From the NCBI GenBank assembly GCA_963750165.1, contig CAVVPN010000003.1, forward strand, positions 3,392,001 through 3,456,000: a DNA stretch of 64,000 nt. The letters are read 5' to 3'. The translations under genes and the position numbers were made by a program. Below are positions 59,101-64,000 of the stretch, in pieces; the stretch's first letter is position 1; each line of letters opens with the position of its first letter. Source of the stretch: an uncultured Gemmataceae bacterium (GTDB lineage: Bacteria; Planctomycetota; Planctomycetia; Gemmatales; Gemmataceae). The notes beneath the pieces were generated by a model. That model was not told the origin of the DNA. It worked only from the letters and a program-made list of their open reading frames with translations, and searched no databases.

Positions 59101-62100
59101 GTCCCCGTTGAAGTCTCCCGTGGCGATCCAGTCGGGATGGTTGATCGCGTCGAACACGCGCTGGGGCTGCACGGTGCCGTTGCCGTTGCCCAGCAACAAC
59201 GAGACATCGCCCGAGCGGGAGTTCGGGACGAGCACATCCGGGTTCCCATCACCGTTGAAGTCGGCTACCGCAATCTGCCGGTTGCCGGAGGGCTGACCGG
59301 GGGCATCCAGGCCCGGGCCGATGTCGAACTGTCGTTCCGCCTGAAACGTGCCGTCGGTGTTGCCCGTCAGGACACCGAGGGTGTCCGAGGCTGTCGTGTT
59401 GCTCACGAGCAGGTCGGCCGGCTGGTTCGGGCCCGCCAGGTTGGCCACGGCCAGCGAAGTCGGATCGCCCTGCGTCGGGAAAAAGTGGGTCGAGGTCACG
59501 GCGAAGTTGGTCACGGTCATCGTGTAATTGGCCTGGTCCCCGGGGTTCTGCGGGTTGTTGGGGTCTGAGGAAACCCGGACGTACACGGTTTCTCCCGCGG
59601 TCACCGAAGGCACCGTAAAGGTGAGGGTGCCGCCGGAGGTGACATATTGGTTTCCAGCAACCAGCGCCGTCTTCGCCGAGTTCACGATCCGAACTTTGAG
59701 CTGTCCTGCATAACCGCCACTTGTGTTGAGCGTCACTTGCAGCGTGCCGTTCAGCGTGGCGGTCACGGCGTAATCTTGATTCGACAGCGTTGGCTGCGGC
59801 ACCGTGCGCGCGTCACTGATGGTGCCTTCGACCTGCGTCCCGGTCAACGTGTAAGCGGCCTGGTCTCCGGGATTCTGCGGGTCGTTGGGGTTTGTGGAAA
59901 CCCGGATGTACACGGTTTCTCCCGGTGCCACCGCCGAGAGATCGAAGGACGCGCTGCCGCCGGATGCAACATATTGATTGCTGGTGCCGGCAACGAGGGC
60001 CGTCATCGTCGAGTTCACGGCCCGGACTTTGAGCGTTCCCGCGTAACCGCCGCTCGCGCTGAACGTCACCTGCAGAGGAGTTCCGTCCGCCGGCGCAGTC
60101 ACGGCGTAGTCCTGATTCGCCAGCACCGCCGCCGGCAGCGAATTCGATTCGCTGATGGCGCCTTCCACCTGCGGTTCCGTATTTTCGTACTGGTCGAGAT
60201 TGGTGAATTGCAGCGTGAAACTACCCGAGGAAGCAGCGTCTGCCGCCGACACTTCGATGAGCATGACCTCACCCTGGGTCACCGGCAGACGGAACTGTGC
60301 CTGCGGGTTGTCGGTGGTGATGGTCGCTGGCGTGGGTGAGGCGGCCAGTACGGTTTGGCCATCGGCGCCGAGTATTGTCAGGGTGAGCCCCGATCCTTGA
60401 AGGGCCGTCCCCGTCAAGTCGATCTGCATGAATCCGGTGACCGCCGCAGCGAGGCGATAGATATTTTTGTCACCCGCCGCCAACGCATCGGATCGGGTGC
60501 CTGCCACCTGCGTCCCGAGATCCGCCGTCAACGATTCCACGGTGAGCTGATAATGGAGGGCCGAGGCGCTGCTACCGGAGACGTGGATCTTGTAGGTAGT
60601 GCCCGAAACCCCATGAATTTCGAGGGATTGACCGAGCACCGCGCCCGTCGCATCCTGAACATTGGTAAGGGCCGCCGGCAACAGATTGCCGTCGGCATCC
60701 GTCAGCTGGAGTTGCAGGTTACTGCCCCCACTGACGGCAGTTGCCGAAACACTCAGAACGCCATTGGCGCCGGCCTGGAGGCTGAACCACTCGTTGGCGT
60801 CGGTGGGGAGCAGGGTCAGCTGGGGCACCTCTTGCTGAACCGTCACCGATCCCAGGTTGGTAGCCGTCTGCGCTGTCTGGTTGGGCGCGAACCGGTCGGC
60901 GGCTGCTGGCGGAACCGGAGTCAGAGCGTAGCTGCCGAAATAGACATCCTGGTCGCCGGCGGTGACGGCCCGGGTCCAGACGGCATAGGCGGTGCCGCTG
61001 GTGGTCGTCGCCACGCCGAGCTGATCGCCGAGGTAGTAGGTCTGGGTGCCGTTGCCGCCGGTGAAAACGCCGAGGTTGGGATTGAAGGAAGTGTTGGTCA
61101 CGGCAAAGTTGGCGCTGAAATGCTGGCCGGCGTCGGTGCTCACCGTGCCCCAGACGCTCAGGTTCTGGCCGTTCGGATCGCTGCGCGTGTCGTACCAGAT
61201 GACGGTGAGATCGCCCTGGGCATTGACCGAGAGGGTGGGCAGCACCTGATGGGAAACGACCTGGCCTTGCGACGACGAGGCGAACCCCGGGTACTGGCCG
61301 CCGTTGTCGTCGTTGAGGACCGGGAAGTAGTTGCTGTCGAGCTGCGTGGCCGTCAGTTGTGCCGCGGCTTCATTTCCCACCGTGAAATTGGACACCCAGC
61401 TCTGGCCGTAGTCGTGCGAGACGGCGAAGACGATGCCGTTGGCGGCGGCGGAGCTGCTCTGCGCTACCTGGTCTTGCGCGGCGGCCGCCACGGCATAAAG
61501 CACTCCCGGTCGGGTTGGATCCGCGGCAATTTCCCGGGTGTTCAGCGTGCGGAAGTTGTCCAGCGTGGCGTCGGTATCGATCTGGGGCCCGCCCCCGAGC
61601 GCGGCCAAATTGAAGGGAACGCCCAGCAGGGTATTGATGTTGGGCGAGGTAAAGCTGCTAACCGGGTCCGTGGCGGGGCCACTGCTACCGCCCTTGGTCG
61701 AGGCGTAGACGGTGAAATAGCCCCCGAGGTAGGCGGAAACGAAGACCGCCCCCCCCGCCCCGACAGTCACCGACGGATAGGCGATGAAGCCAGTCCCCGC
61801 GCCGCCGTGGTCCAGGCTGCCGGCAACGGGATCCTTGATCGCACTGACCAGCCCGGTCCCCGCCCCGGTCCCCGGCAGGTTTTGCATCTGGATGGCCCAG
61901 GCCGTGCCGCCGTTGCTGGTGTTCGAGATGGCGAACAGCACGTCGCTACCGTTCGTGGAACCGGAATCCCCGGGAAACTGGCCGGCCGGGTAAAAGCGCG
62001 TCCAGGTCACGTAAATGCTGCCGAGGTAGGGACTGCCCGGGATCGTATCAATGGCCAGAGCCGGGAAGCAGTCAAAGGGCACGGCCGTGCCCGTGTAGGT

Positions 62101-63900
62101 GTGTTCGGCCACGGGCGCGGCGGGGCCCCAGGACAGGCCGTTGTTCCCGCTGGCCCTGCTGCTTTCCGCCACGAAAATGCCGTTGTTTGACTGGAACCCG
62201 TCGGCGCGCTGCGTGCCGTCGGGGTTGGTCAAGGTGGGTTGCGCCCCCTTGAAGGTGGCCGCCATGAAGCTGACGTAGACGTTGCCCTGGGCGTCGAAGG
62301 CCACCGCCGGCGCCGCCGCCCCCTGATCAAAGCCCGCGGGCAGGTCAATCGAACTGGGCGTCCAGGTGGTGCCGCCATCGGTCGAGACAGCGATGCCAAT
62401 GCCCGCATAACCCGCGGCGTGTGGCGTGAGTGGGGAGTAGTCCAGGTAGGCCGTGACCAGGTGCTTCGGGTTGATCGGGTCCACGGCAACCGTGGGCGCC
62501 TGTTGCACGCCGGCCGCCGCGGTCACGTCAGTGTTGGCGGGAGGAGTTCCCAGGAGGGCCAGGTCCTTGCCGACCCCCTGTTTGCTGTTGGTGGACCTGT
62601 CGGTCTGGGCCACCGCGTTGGCCGGGTCGATGTCCAGCGCGAGGTAGGTGGTGGACAGGGAGTCGAACCCGGCCGGGGCCTGGGTGGGCAAGGTCACCGT
62701 CACCGTGCCACTGACCGAGGCTCCCGCCGCGAGGGGACCAAGGTGCAAGAGCGGGGCGGACAGGACCGTTCCTTGCAGCGGCCCCGTGCCGGACAGTTCG
62801 CTGGCGGTCGCCAGCTGCAGGTTGGCGTCAAAGGCCGGCGCGGCGCCGAGGCCCTGGTTGGTCACCGTGTACTGAATCGTGACGGTCTGCCCCCAGGCGG
62901 TCGCCGGGGCGGCAAGGCTGAACGAGGTTCCGACCAGATCGGGAAGCGCTTTCAGGCCGAAATTGACGCCGTTGGTGGCCTGACCATCGACGAGCGGCAC
63001 GGTCTGGGCGGCGCCGCCCGGGGATGTCGCCTGATCGCCCTGCGGCACGACCAGATCCACCGCGACATTCGGGGGGGAGGGGACGGTGGCGCCTGTGAAC
63101 GAAAAATTGCCGGCCGCGTCGGTGGTGGTGCTCGGTTCGGGCTGGGTCAGGGTGAGCGACCAGTTGTTCAGGGTTAGACCCGTGCTGTTATCGGTGGGAA
63201 GCTGAGCCACCAGATACCAGGCGCCGTTCGGGTCCTCGTTCTCGATCAGCACCTGCGGGTTGTTAAAGGCCATCTGCGGCGCGTAAGGATGGTCCGGGGT
63301 GGTGTTCGGAACGGGGCTGCCGGCCCCGTTCACGTAATTGGTCGAGTTGCCGTCGAAGGTGCCTGTAAAGTGCTGACCCGCCGCGAGCGTGAAGACAGTG
63401 GCCGCCACGCCCGTACCGGTGTTGAGCCCCACGGGGCTTAGCAGGAAAACGGGCACCGCATTGGTAGTGTTATTGGTCAGGTCCAGGCTGAGGGCGACAT
63501 CGGTTAAGGTCTGAGGGATGTTGCTCTCGTTAATGGGCGAACCGAAATAGCCGCCGCCAAAATCGGTCCAGGCCAGATCGGCGGGCGCCGCGTTCACGGT
63601 CGTGGGGTTGTTCAGTTGGCCGGTTCCTTTGAGGTCCAGGAAAAGCACCTGGCCCGCCAGCCCTGGATCGGCGGGTTGGCGCAGGCCGTCGCCGTTCAAA
63701 TCGTTAAAGACGCTACCGAAGATCGAGGCCGACAGCAAGGTGCGGTCTTCGAGGATCTCCAGCAAGAGGCGCGTCCGCCACCGCGCCCGGTGGGCACGGC
63801 GGCGCGCCGCCAGTCGGCCCCCCCTGGCCAGGCACCAATCCGCCAGGAACTGGTGAGTGAGGTCAATGCAGATGAAGGAAAGACGGGGCAGGGGCAACAT
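56128..63900 (-). CDS. Large planctomycete surface protein: leader, SdrD-B-like, P-domain-like, CARDB, Asp-box propeller, PPC-like domains, FG-GAP repeats, Pro-rich linker, C-terminal hydrophobic segment
   Basis: AGAAGGAGA RBS and LLLEILEDRTLLS leader. Asp boxes STDGGTTW, SHDYGQSW and STDAGQHF. FG-GAP motifs (ADFNGDGNPDV, GDFNGDGKTD, LLGNGDGTFQ) at ~59470-58350. Confidence 0.9.
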   Translation of the reverse strand: MLPLPRLSFICIDLTHQFLADWCLARGGRLAARRRAHRARWRTRLLLEILEDRTLLSASIFGSVFNDLNGDGLRQPADPGLAGQVLFLDLKGTGQLNNPTTVNAAPADLAWTDFGGGYFGSPINESNIPQTLTDVALSLDLTNNTTNAVPVFLLSPVGLNTGTGVAATVFTLAAGQHFTGTFDGNSTNYVNGAGSPVPNTTPDHPYAPQMAFNNPQVLIENEDPNGAWYLVAQLPTDNSTGLTLNNWSLTLTQPEPSTTTDAAGNFSFTGATVPSPPNVAVDLVVPQGDQATSPGGAAQTVPLVDGQATNGVNFGLKALPDLVGTSFSLAAPATAWGQTVTIQYTVTNQGLGAAPAFDANLQLATASELSGTGPLQGTVLSAPLLHLGPLAAGASVSGTVTVTLPTQAPAGFDSLSTTYLALDIDPANAVAQTDRSTNSKQGVGKDLALLGTPPANTDVTAAAGVQQAPTVAVDPINPKHLVTAYLDYSPLTPHAAGYAGIGIAVSTDGGTTWTPSSIDLPAGFDQGAAAPAVAFDAQGNVYVSFMAATFKGAQPTLTNPDGTQRADGFQSNNGIFVAESSRASGNNGLSWGPAAPVAEHTYTGTAVPFDCFPALAIDTIPGSPYLGSIYVTWTRFYPAGQFPGDSGSTNGSDVLFAISNTSNGGTAWAIQMQNLPGTGAGTGLVSAIKDPVAGSLDHGGAGTGFIAYPSVTVGAGGAVFVSAYLGGYFTVYASTKGGSSGPATDPVSSFTSPNINTLLGVPFNLAALGGGPQIDTDATLDNFRTLNTREIAADPTRPGVLYAVAAAAQDQVAQSSSAAANGIVFAVSHDYGQSWVSNFTVGNEAAAQLTATQLDSNYFPVLNDDNGGQYPGFASSSQGQVVSHQVLPTLSVNAQGDLTVIWYDTRSDPNGQNLSVWGTVSTDAGQHFSANFAVTNTSFNPNLGVFTGGNGTQTYYLGDQLGVATTTSGTAYAVWTRAVTAGDQDVYFGSYALTPVPPAAADRFAPNQTAQTATNLGSVTVQQEVPQLTLLPTDANEWFSLQAGANGVLSVSATAVSGGSNLQLQLTDADGNLLPAALTNVQDATGAVLGQSLEIHGVSGTTYKIHVSGSSASALHYQLTVESLTADLGTQVAGTRSDALAAGDKNIYRLAAAVTGFMQIDLTGTALQGSGLTLTILGADGQTVLAASPTPATITTDNPQAQFRLPVTQGEVMLIEVSAADAASSGSFTLQFTNLDQYENTEPQVEGAISESNSLPAAVLANQDYAVTAPADGTPLQVTFSASGGYAGTLKVRAVNSTMTALVAGTSNQYVASGGSASFDLSAVAPGETVYIRVSTNPNDPQNPGDQAAYTLTGTQVEGTISDARTVPQPTLSNQDYAVTATLNGTLQVTLNTSGGYAGQLKVRIVNSAKTALVAGNQYVTSGGTLTFTVPSVTAGETVYVRVSSDPNNPQNPGDQANYTMTVTNFAVTSTHFFPTQGDPTSLAVANLAGPNQPADLLVSNTTASDTLGVLTGNTDGTFQAERQFDIGPGLDAPGQPSGNRQIAVADFNGDGNPDVLVPNSRSGDVSLLLGNGNGTVQPQRVFDAINHPDWIATGDFNGDGKTDAVVLENYNNGQPSQFVVLLGHGDGTFSPPLQPFNTTTFTDGAGPLVVGDFTGDGKLDVIVFSKNAATAEFFRGNGDGTFQAGVTFATPENIFNAQAVHLNGDRNLDLVLTGTNTGNVYVLLGNGDGTFQPAQVYQAMAPRQGEDVGVVGLAVVNQFPLPANAPTLPSGMSYGNTDIVVTASIRGGAGTAEVILLPGIVDAQGHYTFGAPLVLAQVGTAGQIVAGDFNNDGATDLAVADKGGVTVIYGQPLVLAPNTDLAHARNLGAATHLLTQPLAIVTGHADAYFSYTVPTEAAPGTGPQVIDISAQFQYSVGNGLDLEVLDAQGHALSPGSILQETHTAIGARIRVLAPQGTVLTLHVFGVAGGAGVYTLDLDVLPQLASVQAPGSFPGANGTSGGPANTLILTFQGDHLDLAAAQNPANYTVTWLGTPNPTGPNPQPQVIPLAAPGNGLQAVYAAGVNIGVATGRFYPAEAEQTVTLYFAQALQPGTYRVEVSPAVQAAAYNSTEAELLVGGAAFNGHPVVTVAAGVIAPNNQKTMPGLVPMPSPIDLDQLSAGNKFLTQYHDNQGALLTSLQQTRGGDDPSITPALNAQTVTSFLPAVGGLTVLVIWLDPVSADAADSQGQRLIFNQQSNALSNNLARTYIEVANNVEVLVLAGLGGESFTLNLSDVQASSRGGAVLFNGGQTETFALTDAIRGGERTFNFDLTAPDIAAAVVLATPVDTLAGSGTLPGESAALTEPSGFSGTSIAATTGAFLLAASLALTTSLSSTAPLNASQTHDNEDGLSGEGALLLGGLTINPGEYENLDDDWENLPELGAGRAGGGVVPPNGALAWILQQFREANQMRPPRPRVAPPPGPQPEAPPESEEDALVVDPVDPLVASTPAGGQPLPPTTPAAEPCPRPAPLPDPGPVTPPPPDALEPVDDAASEPAVPATPVDQVWSVENPPVDWLGMAGLAAIAAGLFQPTLLGFDSEERRSQVVGLTR

Positions 63901-64000
63901 AAGGGTTTCTCCTTCTACCGGTCAACACTCGTTGGTGGCCCGAGCACTTGGACTGGGAGCTTGCCCCTTTGGGCGCTATTGGCCTGAAGGTGTTGTAAGC

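Noticed and set aside
60920..62500. Active sialidase
   Set aside because: Asp boxes indicate a propeller fold, but no RIP motif or catalytic Arg triad could be identified by eye.

Overview
GC-rich bacterial DNA, most likely a planctomycete (Gemmataceae-like). The taxonomy is inferred from three LE-x-LEDR-x-L/V-L/P leader peptides, a DUF1501 gene, a PEP-CTERM gene, a Uma2 gene and a TPR Ser/Thr kinase. Bases 1-8.7 kb are ordinary genes: GNAT, DUF2809, PEP-CTERM, asd-truA-aroA-Uma2, AI-2E transporter and DUF1501. The rest is a giant cell-surface locus. (A) A ~31.6-kb adhesin gene (10067-41633, ~10,500 aa if three frameshifts are repaired) encodes a beta-helix backbone carrying four PA14 domains, an L-type lectin and many inserted small domains, and ends in Ig repeats and a cohesin-dockerin-cohesin cassette. 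(B) A co-oriented 3501-aa gene encodes two N-terminal cohesin-like domains, 25 Ig-like repeats and C-terminal DUF4214 repeats. (C) A convergent pair encodes a 2590-aa Asp-box/FG-GAP surface protein and a frameshifted membrane Ser/Thr kinase-TPR protein. The best candidate for a new system is a cellulosome-like cohesin-dockerin assembly used for adhesion rather than hydrolysis, in which a surface-anchored scaffoldin stalk (B) captures a giant multi-lectin adhesin (A). Gene A also has a long structured 5' region containing a uORF that mimics its own leader. All domain calls are motif recognition by eye; no searches were run.
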